Program-made: the position numbers and the translations under genes
The notes under the pieces: generated by a model
Seen by the model: the letters and a program-made list of their open reading frames with translations, nothing else
Told to the model about the DNA's origin: nothing
Database searches by the model: none
Part shown: in pieces, positions 1 to 7,514 of the stretch
Numbering within the stretch: position 1 is the first letter of the stretch
Layout of the letters: the number at the start of each line of letters is the position of its first letter
Assembly: GCA_020354945.1 (NCBI GenBank)
Contig: CP070655.1
Span: 124,252 to 134,811 of the forward strand
DNA length: 10,560 bases
Direction: 5' to 3'
DNA from: Candidatus Omnitrophota bacterium
GTDB lineage: Bacteria; Omnitrophota; Gorgyraeia; JABMRG01; JAFGKX01

Positions 1-1
1 A

Positions 2-133
2 GGCGGGATTAATCAAGATAATATAAAAGAAGTAATCTCTGCAGGGGCTGGAAGAGTAGCTGTTTCAAGCGCAATTTTGTCAGGGAGAAGTAGCGGACAG
101 GCTGTGAGGGATTTGCGAAAGTTTTTACCATGA
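2..133 (+). CDS. thiE: Thiamine-phosphate synthase, C-terminal fragment (5' truncated by window edge)
   Basis: Not in the ORF track. Frame 2 reads GGINQDNIKEVISAGAGRVAVSSAILSGRSSGQAVRDLRKFLP*, matching the ThiE GGI...GA..vAV.SAI phosphate-binding end. Its TGA (131-133) overlaps the thiC ATG (ATGA). Confidence 0.88.
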   Translation, partial: GGINQDNIKEVISAGAGRVAVSSAILSGRSSGQAVRDLRKFLP

Positions 134-1398
134 CCCAGCTTCAATTAGCGAGAAAAAATAAGATAACACACCTTATGAGGGAGGCAGCGAAAAAAGAGGC
201 TGCATCTGCCGAATTTATAAGGCGGGGTATATCTAAAGGCAGGATAGTATTGCCGGCCAACAAGAATCACACCAGCCTTAAAGACCCCTGCGCAATAGGT
301 AGCGGTCTTTCAACAAAAGTCAACGCTAATATAGGCACATCGGAAATCTACCACAATATTTTAACAGAGCTCAGGAAATTAAAAATTTGTATAACGTATG
401 AGGCTGATACAGTGATGGATTTAAGCACAGGCGGAAACCTTTCTAAAATTAGAAAAAGAATTATTGCTCACTCTCCCATCCCGGTAGGCACTGTCCCTGT
501 ATATGAAGTAGTCGCCAATGCAAAAAAGGACGGTTTAAATATTAAGGATGCTTCTGTTGAGGATATGTTTGAAGTGGTAGAAAAACAAGCTGAGGAAGGC
601 GTTGATTTTTTTACTATACATGCCGGGGTAACAAAGGCCTCAATCAGGGTTTTAAAACATGCTAAACGAGTTACCGGGGTAGTGAGCCGCGGCGGGGCCC
701 TGACGATGAAATGGATTTTAGCCAATAGGAGAGAAAATCCCTTTTATGAGTATTTCGATAGATTATTGGCGATTCTTAAAAAATACGATATTACACTGAG
801 CCTTGGAGACGGGTTGCGTCCTGGTTCTATAGCCGATGCGACCGATAAACCTCAATTAAAAGAGCTGTCCATCTTAGGGCAATTAGCAAAACGGGCACAA
901 AAAGAAGGGGTTCAGGTAATGATAGAAGGCCCCGGCCACATCCCTATTAATCAAATCAAAAAGAATGTGGATATACAAAAAAGGGTTGCAAACGGTGTGC
1001 CGTTTTATGTATTAGGCCCGTTAGTTACCGATATCGGCTGCGGTTATGACCATATAACAGCAGCAATAGGCGGCGCCTTGGCAGCAAGCTATGGCGCAGA
1101 TTTTTTATGTTATGTAACCCCGTCCGAGCATCTTGGCCTTCCTAATTGCGAGGAAGTAAAAGAGGGCATAATTGCTACCCGCATTGCAGCGCATGCGGCT
1201 GATTTAGCAAAAGGGATTCCCGATGCCGGGAGGAGAGATTACTCTATCTCAAAATTTCGCAGGCAAAGAAAATGGAGAGAGCAGATAAATATGTCTTTAG
1301 ACCCTCGAAGGGCCAGGATGATACATTCAAGGCTAAAGTCAAACATAGCGGATATATGCAGTATGTGCGGCGAATTCTGCCCTATGAAGATAACTTGA
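130..1398 (+). CDS. thiC: Phosphomethylpyrimidine (HMP-P) synthase, short anaerobe-type form
   Basis: Motifs TKVNANIGTS, ADTVMDLSTGG, GTVPVY, SRGG, SLGDGLRPG, EGPGH, GYDHIT, YVTPSEHL and the C-terminal Fe-S motif CSMCGEFC. Coupled to thiE. Confidence 0.95.
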   Translation: MTQLQLARKNKITHLMREAAKKEAASAEFIRRGISKGRIVLPANKNHTSLKDPCAIGSGLSTKVNANIGTSEIYHNILTELRKLKICITYEADTVMDLSTGGNLSKIRKRIIAHSPIPVGTVPVYEVVANAKKDGLNIKDASVEDMFEVVEKQAEEGVDFFTIHAGVTKASIRVLKHAKRVTGVVSRGGALTMKWILANRRENPFYEYFDRLLAILKKYDITLSLGDGLRPGSIADATDKPQLKELSILGQLAKRAQKEGVQVMIEGPGHIPINQIKKNVDIQKRVANGVPFYVLGPLVTDIGCGYDHITAAIGGALAASYGADFLCYVTPSEHLGLPNCEEVKEGIIATRIAAHAADLAKGIPDAGRRDYSISKFRRQRKWREQINMSLDPRRARMIHSRLKSNIADICSMCGEFCPMKIT

Positions 1399-1401
1399 TA
1401 T

Positions 1402-2301
1402 ATGAGTTTATTAGTAATTGGTTCAATGGCTCTTGATACTGTTGAGACTCCTTTTGGAAAGAATATCGATGTATTAGGGGGCTCAGCAGTATATGGCTCA
1501 GTTAGCGCCTCATACTTTACGGATGTAAAAATTATTAGTGTAATCGGTAAGGATTTTCCAAAAGCACATATGAGGCTGCTTAAAAGCAAAGGCATAGACT
1601 TATCCGGTGTTCAGGTAAAAAAGGGTAAGTCTTTTAGATGGGAAGGGAAGTATGACTGGAATTTAAATTCGCCACAAACCCTGGCAACCCACCTTAACGT
1701 CCTTTCGGATTTTAGGCCTGTATTATCAGATTTTGATAGAAAGTGCGATTTTATCTTTCTTGCCAACAATGATCCGGAGCTTCAATTAGATATTATTTCG
1801 CAAGCATCCCCTGCTAAATTTATGGCAGCTGATACTATTGAATTTTGGATAAATAATAAAAGGTCAAAACTTATCAAGGTTTTAAAAGGGGTCGATATCT
1901 TTATAATAAATGAGAATGAAGCTCGCCTGTTGACAAAGGAGCCAAATCTCGTCAAGGCTGCCAAGGCAATAATTTCCCTCGGCGCAAGGAAAGTGATTGT
2001 AAAAAAAGGCGAGCACGGCCTGCTCTATGTTACAAAGAGAAGTTTTTTTGCCACCCCCGCTTACCCTTTGGAAACCATATATGATCCTACCGGTGCAGGC
2101 GATAGCTTTGCCGGGGGGTTTTTAGGTTTTTTAGCTAATACTAAACATCTAAATGAGGCCTCATATAGAAAAGCCCTAATATATGGAACCATAATGGCAT
2201 CGTATAGTGTAGAAGGCTTTAATTTAAAGGTATTGTCCGCTCTTAATCGGCGGTTGATTGAGAAAAGGTATAAGGAATTTGAGAAGCTGGTGAGGTTCTA
2301 A
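1402..2301 (+). CDS. PfkB/ribokinase-family carbohydrate or nucleoside kinase (substrate unknown)
   Basis: N-terminal GS.ALD...GGSA motif, N..EA motif, VIVKKGEHG, and the PfkB signature DPTGAGDSFAGG. Confidence 0.9.
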   Translation: MSLLVIGSMALDTVETPFGKNIDVLGGSAVYGSVSASYFTDVKIISVIGKDFPKAHMRLLKSKGIDLSGVQVKKGKSFRWEGKYDWNLNSPQTLATHLNVLSDFRPVLSDFDRKCDFIFLANNDPELQLDIISQASPAKFMAADTIEFWINNKRSKLIKVLKGVDIFIINENEARLLTKEPNLVKAAKAIISLGARKVIVKKGEHGLLYVTKRSFFATPAYPLETIYDPTGAGDSFAGGFLGFLANTKHLNEASYRKALIYGTIMASYSVEGFNLKVLSALNRRLIEKRYKEFEKLVRF

Positions 2302-2343
2302 GACAGTTTTGAAGTCTTCAGTCTTCAGTACTGATAGCTGAAA

Positions 2344-2417
2344 GCGGGCGTAATTCAGTGGTAGAATGAAAGCTTCCCAAGCTTTATATGGCGGTTCGAT
2401 TCCGCTCGCCCGCTCCA
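2344..2417 (+). tRNA. tRNA-Gly (anticodon CCC), CCA encoded
   Basis: Acceptor stem GCGGGCG/CGCCCGC, D arm ATTC-AGTGGTA-GAAT, anticodon arm AAAGC-TTCCCAA-GCTTT, T arm GGCGG-TTCGATT-CCGCT, discriminator T, then CCA. 74 nt. Confidence 0.97.
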
Positions 2418-2427
2418 GGAACTTCAA

Positions 2428-2609
2428 GGAATCGAACCGAAAAAAGTGGTAATAGGGGAAAAAGACGCCTTTTTCCCCTATCGGCGTAGATTTCTACTAT
2501 GCGGAAGGAAAAGGAACATTAAGGAAAAACTATCAGGGTTTTTCCTTAAAGGAGTGAGTGGCTGAGGCTTGCGAAGCAAACGCAAGCCACGACACGACTG
2601 TTCGATTCT
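2428..2609. mobile_element. Putative non-autonomous tRNA-linked hairpin element (MITE-like or integrative remnant)
   Basis: Terminal inverted repeat GAATCGAAC (2429-2437)/GTTCGATTC (2600-2608). Internal perfect stems: 2452-2464/2469-2481 (13 bp), 2519-2530/2538-2549 (12 bp), 2566-2573/2581-2588 (8 bp). No ORF. Followed by a tRNA 3' duplicate. Confidence 0.55.
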
Positions 2610-2623
2610 CGTCGCCCGCTCCA
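2600..2623 (+). repeat. Degenerate duplicate of the tRNA-Gly 3' end (att-like direct repeat)
   Basis: GTTCGATTCTCGTCGCCCGCTCCA versus tRNA 2394-2417 GTTCGATTCCGCTCGCCCGCTCCA: 21/24 identical, including the T-loop, acceptor 3' strand and CCA. Confidence 0.9.
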
Positions 2624-2627
2624 AACT

Positions 2628-3302
2628 ATGATTAAACGTATAACATTTCTAACAACTTTAATCTTAATTTTATCCGGCTGTGCGAGCACGCCGAAAGTAG
2701 CGACTGTGTATCCGCTTCCACGCCCCGATACAAGCGGCGTTTATCATCGCATATCTGGCGGAGAGACACTTTGGCGCATAGGGAAATCTTACAATGTTGA
2801 AATAAGCAAAATTGCTCAAGTGAATAGGCTCAAAGACCCTTCAAAAATCGTTACCGGACAGCTACTTTTTATACCAGGCGCAAAGAAAAATATAAGGATT
2901 TCTGCACAGACCGGCACAGCCGTAACTAAAACAGGATTTATTTGGCCGGTTAAAGGGAAAATTGTTTCTTATTTTGGGCAGAAAAGGCACAATACCGTTA
3001 ATCGGGGCATCGATATATTATCATACGAAGGCGCATCGGTTGTTGCGTCTAAAAATGGCGTAGTTTCATTCTGTGGTGACAAAGTGAAAGGTTTTGGTAA
3101 GACTATTATTGTCGACCACGGCGATGGTTATTCAACAGTCTATGCATATAATTCTCAAAATTTAGTTAAACCGGGCGATAGGGTAAATAGGAGGCAGGTT
3201 ATTGCCAAAGTAGGCAAAAGTTCCCGGTCCGATAAACACACTCTTCACTTCGAAATCAGGAAAAGACAAAAACCAAAAAATCCATTTTATTATTTACCGT
3301 GA
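2628..3302 (+). CDS. LysM plus degenerate M23 (LytM) lipoprotein, NlpD-like amidase activator
   Basis: Signal peptide with lipobox LSGC (Cys18). LysM domain (YHRISGGETLWRIG...GQLLFIP). M23 domain with FIWPVKG, NRGIDI, YAYN and LHFEIR. Confidence 0.88.
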   Translation: MIKRITFLTTLILILSGCASTPKVATVYPLPRPDTSGVYHRISGGETLWRIGKSYNVEISKIAQVNRLKDPSKIVTGQLLFIPGAKKNIRISAQTGTAVTKTGFIWPVKGKIVSYFGQKRHNTVNRGIDILSYEGASVVASKNGVVSFCGDKVKGFGKTIIVDHGDGYSTVYAYNSQNLVKPGDRVNRRQVIAKVGKSSRSDKHTLHFEIRKRQKPKNPFYYLP

Positions 3303-3303
3303 A

Positions 3304-3374
3304 CACCTTATCTTATTCCAATACAAAATTGCATAAGCACATGTTGAAAAAGATGCTGGAATACATAAAAGGTG
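3304..3374 (+). promoter_or_regulatory. Intergenic imperfect hairpin covering the putative RBS of the ATPase gene
   Basis: CACCTT (3304-3309)/AAGGTG (3369-3374) and TATTCCA (3314-3320)/TGGAATA (3357-3363). AAGGTG ends 4 nt before ATG 3379. Confidence 0.35.
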
Positions 3375-3378
3375 CGGG

Positions 3379-5049
3379 ATGAATTTATTTAACAACCCTG
3401 TTGTCGGAAATAAATTCTTTGCCAGAGAAAGGGAGCTCAATTTCCTGCATAGAAAAGTCGAGGACCTAAAGAATGGTTATAGGCATAACGTGGCTGTTTT
3501 AGGAAAAGGCTTAATCGGAAAAAGCTCTTTGCTTTTACATTTTCTGTCAGGTTTAGATACCGCCGATGTCGTCCCGGTATATTTAGATCTATCAACGCTG
3601 TCATTTGCCGGTTTTGTAGACCAGTTTATCGGCATGCTGCTGCATTATAATTATAAAGACATTGAAAATGAAACCAGCGCTGATTTGCAATCCCTCATAA
3701 ACCTTGCTTCATCTGATTTGCCAGGAACCTGCAAAAAAATAAAAATTATCTATTCACATATGAAAACGGCCAATAAAGAAAGGGCAGTTTTCCAGGAGCT
3801 TCTTGATTTACCTCCCTGTTTTTCTAAAGAGAGCGGCAAATTTTGCCTGATAGTTTTTGATAATTTCAGTAAACTCACCGATTATAAACTGGGTGAACCA
3901 TTTTCTATTTTGGGCGAGAAGATTATGTTGCAAAAGATGAGTTTATATATATTGTCGGATCGTCCTTATATTAATTTAAGAAATATATTATCTCAGCAAC
4001 TATCTTTACTTTTCGGGAAATTTCAAATGTTCGACCTTGAACCTTTCAGTCCGCATGAATCATTGGCCTTCATAGATTCAAGGGTAAAAGACGTAAAGCT
4101 TTCTGCTGAGCTTAAGGATTTTTTGGTTTATTTTAGCGGCGGTGAACCTTTTTATCTTGATATATTGACAGAGTCCATATCAATAAAAGCTGGTGAGAAG
4201 AAGTTATTAGTGGTAACGCAAAAAGACCTCTCTCGTTTTATATATGAATGCATCTATGCAAGATTTGCATCGGTCAATCAGTATTTTTCAAGGATTGTTG
4301 AAAAATTTTCCGGAAACGGATATTTAAAAGAGCCTATAAAAATTTTAAACGCAGTTATTAGAAAAAATAAAATAGCAGCTATAATAGAAGATTCCAAATG
4401 CTCTAAGGCAGGAATCCATAAATTATTAGAAAAATTTATAATGCAAAACATGGTAATCAAAAACGGCCCACTATATGCAATTGAGGATGAAGTATTTAAA
4501 ATGTGGCTTAGATTAAAAGAGATTGAAGCTATCCCACAGCTTAAATTGGACCAAAGAGCCCATACAGAGAAGTTTGTCAATGAGATTAGGCAACTTATTG
4601 AGACTTTTGAGAAAGAGCAGCAGAGATCAATCGATAATAAAATATTGAATCTAATCGCTGCTTTCGATAATGAAAAAGTAACTGTCGGCAAAGCAGCGCA
4701 CATATTACCCGTATTCAAACATATACATACTGAATATACAACCTCACAAGATGCCCTCCTTTCAGGCCATGGTACTAAATTATGGATATTTTCGATATTT
4801 AAAAAAATGGCTGAGGAAGATGACATTTTAAATTTTATTGATTATTATAAGAAGCTAAAGCATAGGGTGGCAAGAAAAGTACTGATTATATTAAATGGTA
4901 TTACTCCGGAAGCAAAACTTTTAGCTATGAAAGAACATATATGGATTTGGTCATCGGATAGATTAAACAGCCTGCTCAATCTTTATAGAAAAGCCAGAAT
5001 AGGCACCCAAAGGAATGCACCGTTTCTGAAAGCAAAGGGAGAAGTGTAG
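3379..5049 (+). CDS. STAND-like (archaeal ATPase_2/AAA_16-type) P-loop protein with a winged helix and a C-terminal Mrr/REase-like domain
   Basis: N-terminal NPVVG..FFAREREL, Walker A GKGLIGKS (aa 42-49), Walker B-like CLIVFDN (aa 156-162), SGGEPFYL GxP motif, a wHTH-like segment, and a C-terminal ..KVLIILNGITPEAKLLA...IWIWSSDRL pattern resembling the Mrr catalytic fold. Confidence 0.72.
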   Translation: MNLFNNPVVGNKFFARERELNFLHRKVEDLKNGYRHNVAVLGKGLIGKSSLLLHFLSGLDTADVVPVYLDLSTLSFAGFVDQFIGMLLHYNYKDIENETSADLQSLINLASSDLPGTCKKIKIIYSHMKTANKERAVFQELLDLPPCFSKESGKFCLIVFDNFSKLTDYKLGEPFSILGEKIMLQKMSLYILSDRPYINLRNILSQQLSLLFGKFQMFDLEPFSPHESLAFIDSRVKDVKLSAELKDFLVYFSGGEPFYLDILTESISIKAGEKKLLVVTQKDLSRFIYECIYARFASVNQYFSRIVEKFSGNGYLKEPIKILNAVIRKNKIAAIIEDSKCSKAGIHKLLEKFIMQNMVIKNGPLYAIEDEVFKMWLRLKEIEAIPQLKLDQRAHTEKFVNEIRQLIETFEKEQQRSIDNKILNLIAAFDNEKVTVGKAAHILPVFKHIHTEYTTSQDALLSGHGTKLWIFSIFKKMAEEDDILNFIDYYKKLKHRVARKVLIILNGITPEAKLLAMKEHIWIWSSDRLNSLLNLYRKARIGTQRNAPFLKAKGEV

Positions 5050-5062
5050 GGACGTTTCAGAA

Positions 5063-5890
5063 ATGGTGCGATGTATGACAGGATTACCGGTTATAAAAGT
5101 AGTATCCAAGACATTACCCGCAGCATGGGAAGAGGCTGTTATTAAAACCTGGAAGCAGGGTTACAAGATAAAGACAGAATATGATAAATCGGGCGATCCC
5201 CCCAGCAGGGATGCAACTATGATTATGATAGTAGAAGAGCCTGTGTCAGAACCGCGGATTCATAGAGCGTTTCCGGGTGGTTTGGAAGACCTGGAAATAT
5301 ACAGGCAGGAAGTAATCAATGGCATACATGATGATTGGATAAATCCTGAAGAAGGAAAGTGGACATATACCTATCATCAAAGAATATTTTCATATCAAAT
5401 CAATGGCGAAAAAATAGACCAGATGGATTATATCATAGATAAACTAAAAAAGAGAGAGTATTCTCGTCGGGCCCAGGCCATAACCTGGAATCCAAAATTA
5501 GACCCCTTAACGGATGATCCGCCGTGCTTGCAGCGAATCTGGTTTAGAATATCAAGAGACACTGCTAACAAGCCTGTTTTGAACATGAATACCCATTGGC
5601 GCTCTAGAGACGCGTATAAAGCGGCATTTATGAATATCTTTGCCTTAACCGATATGCAGAGAGTGGTTGCAGAAAGGCTGACTAAGGAGATAGGGGAGGA
5701 GGTAAAAGTCGGCCGATACGTTGATATTACGGATAGCTTTCATATATACGGTAGTTATTACGGAGAATTCAAAAATTTCCTGGATACAGTCAAAAAAAGA
5801 ACCTTTGAACAGAGAACCTGGGACAGTAAGTTTGCAGAACCATTTTTTAAAGAGGCAAGGAAGAGAGTAAAAGAGGAACAAAAGACATGA
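5063..5890 (+). CDS. thyA: Thymidylate synthase family protein, archaeal (methanogen)-like ThyA; true start may be ATG 5075
   Basis: YTYHQR, SRRA, catalytic DPPCL, and RSRDAYKAAFMN (aligns with E. coli RSCDVFLGLPFN, Asn retained), plus SFHIY. GGTG lies upstream of ATG 5075. Confidence 0.82.
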   Translation: MVRCMTGLPVIKVVSKTLPAAWEEAVIKTWKQGYKIKTEYDKSGDPPSRDATMIMIVEEPVSEPRIHRAFPGGLEDLEIYRQEVINGIHDDWINPEEGKWTYTYHQRIFSYQINGEKIDQMDYIIDKLKKREYSRRAQAITWNPKLDPLTDDPPCLQRIWFRISRDTANKPVLNMNTHWRSRDAYKAAFMNIFALTDMQRVVAERLTKEIGEEVKVGRYVDITDSFHIYGSYYGEFKNFLDTVKKRTFEQRTWDSKFAEPFFKEARKRVKEEQKT

Positions 5891-6363
5891 AAAAGATATG
5901 GGCGCCGTGGAGAAGCAAATATATATATCTAAGGAAGAGAAAAGGGTGTATATTTTGTAAAGCAGCTAAGGTGAAAAAGGACGAAAAGCATTTTGTTGTT
6001 GAAAGAACCCCCCTTTGTTTTTCTATGCTAAATATATATCCTTACAACAACGGACACTTAATGGTCGCCCCATATCGTCATAAAACGTCACTAATAGATT
6101 TTAGCCAGGATGAACTATGCGATTTAATCATCTTGGTTAAAAAGAGTCTTCGTTTAATTGATAAGGTTCTAAAACCGGATGGTTACAATCTTGGTTTTAA
6201 TATAGGCAAGATAGCGGGTGCCGGATTTGCCGGCCATCTTCATATGCATATCGTTCCTCGCTGGCAAGGGGATACCAATTTTATGCCTGTTTTAACTCAA
6301 ACCAAGATAATGTCCGAATCATTGGATTCTTTATACAGGAGATTAAAGAGTGCTAAAATCTAA
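5887..6363 (+). CDS. HIT-family nucleotide hydrolase/phosphorylase (Ap4A phosphorylase-like subgroup)
   Basis: IWAPWR, CIFC, NIYPYNNGHLMV, and the histidine triad HLHMHIVPRW.GD.NF. ATGA overlap with thyA. Confidence 0.92.
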   Translation: MKKIWAPWRSKYIYLRKRKGCIFCKAAKVKKDEKHFVVERTPLCFSMLNIYPYNNGHLMVAPYRHKTSLIDFSQDELCDLIILVKKSLRLIDKVLKPDGYNLGFNIGKIAGAGFAGHLHMHIVPRWQGDTNFMPVLTQTKIMSESLDSLYRRLKSAKI

Positions 6364-7504
6364 CCAATATTACGAACATGAAGATAAATTCTTAGCCCCT
6401 TATGCCATGAAAAGCGCCTTATCGAAGGGCAGAGCGCATAAGGAGAAAGAACATCCATACCGGCCCATTTATCAGCGCGACAGAGAAAGGGTCATACATT
6501 CAACTGCCTTTAGGCTACTGGAGTATAAAACCCAGGTTTTTGTAAATCACGAAGGAGATTATTATAGAACCAGATTAACCCACACCCTTGAAGTGGCCCA
6601 GATAGCCCGTTCTATAGCACGGGCATTATGTTTAAACGAAGATTTGACCGAAGCTATTGCCCTTGCCCATGATTTGGGCCATACCCCTTTCGGCCATTCA
6701 GGCGAAGAAATATTATCCGAGATAATGAAAGAATACGGAGGATTCAATCACAATGTCCATGGCCTAAGAGTAGTCGATTATTTAGAGACCAGATATCCTG
6801 ATTTCAGAGGCCTAAATCTCACCTGGGAAGTCAGGGAAGGGATTATAAAACATACCACCCCATATGACTCTCCGGGTATAATTGCGGAGTTAAAACCGGA
6901 AATACCACCTACTCTGGAGACACAGGTGGTGAACGGAGCTGATGAGATTGCATTTGATAGCCACGACCTGGACGATGGCCTGACCAGCAATATTTTATCA
7001 GAAAGCGATTTAAAAAAAGTGTCGCTATGGAAGGAGACCTCTGCTAAAATAAGAAAAAAATACCATAATCCAGGTGAACAGATTCGCCAACTTCAGATTA
7101 TCAAAGAGATTATAAATACCCAGGTGACCGATTTGCTTGATGCCACTGAGGCAAAGATTAAACAGCATAATATAAAATCAATAGACGATGTAAGAAAGTT
7201 CTCCGGAAAGCTCGTCACATTTAGCGCATCGATGCAGAAAGAAAGAGAGAGCTTAAGAGATTTTTTATTTAAGAATCTATACCGGCATTACAGGGTTTTA
7301 AGAATGTCTAATAAGGCCCGCCGTTTTATAAAGGAATTATTTAAGGTATATATTTCTCAACCGGAACAGCTCCCAACCGGCCCCAGAACAAGAATCAAGA
7401 CCGAAGGGCCTTATAGAGTTGTTTGCGATTATATTGCCGGCATGACAGACCGTTATGCATTAAACGAATACAAAAAACTCTTCCAGCCTTTCGAACGAGT
7501 ATAA
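6350..7504 (+). CDS. dgt: Deoxyguanosinetriphosphate triphosphohydrolase (dGTPase-like, short HD type)
   Basis: QRDRERVIHS.AFR.L..KTQVF, RTRLTHTLEV, HDLGHTPFGHSGE, ADEIAF..HDLDDG and DYIAGMTD. GTG start with AGGAG at 6337-6341. Overlaps the HIT gene by 14 nt. Confidence 0.93.
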   Translation: MLKSNQYYEHEDKFLAPYAMKSALSKGRAHKEKEHPYRPIYQRDRERVIHSTAFRLLEYKTQVFVNHEGDYYRTRLTHTLEVAQIARSIARALCLNEDLTEAIALAHDLGHTPFGHSGEEILSEIMKEYGGFNHNVHGLRVVDYLETRYPDFRGLNLTWEVREGIIKHTTPYDSPGIIAELKPEIPPTLETQVVNGADEIAFDSHDLDDGLTSNILSESDLKKVSLWKETSAKIRKKYHNPGEQIRQLQIIKEIINTQVTDLLDATEAKIKQHNIKSIDDVRKFSGKLVTFSASMQKERESLRDFLFKNLYRHYRVLRMSNKARRFIKELFKVYISQPEQLPTGPRTRIKTEGPYRVVCDYIAGMTDRYALNEYKKLFQPFERV

Positions 7505-7514
7505 AAATTATACC

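Noticed and set aside
1-130. TPP riboswitch upstream of thiC
   Set aside because: This stretch is thiE coding sequence. Any riboswitch would lie upstream of the window.
130-1398. BzaA/B/F (benzimidazole synthase, a ThiC paralogue)
   Set aside because: It is translationally coupled to thiE and there are no cobalamin genes in the window, so ThiC is the simpler call. Phylogeny would be decisive.
2452-2549. Rho-independent terminators after the tRNA
   Set aside because: The stems are strong, but neither is followed by a U-tract on the + strand. They are better explained as parts of the larger element.
2418-2623. Intron-containing, split or second tRNA gene
   Set aside because: The upstream tRNA is already complete with CCA. 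The downstream copy has no D arm, anticodon arm or acceptor 5' strand, and its T-stem 3' strand (CTCGT) does not pair with the tRNA's GGCGG. I see no group I/II intron core.
6350-7504. Anti-phage dGTPase defence system
   Set aside because: It looks like the widespread short housekeeping Dgt type and sits among core genes, with no mobile or defence-island context.
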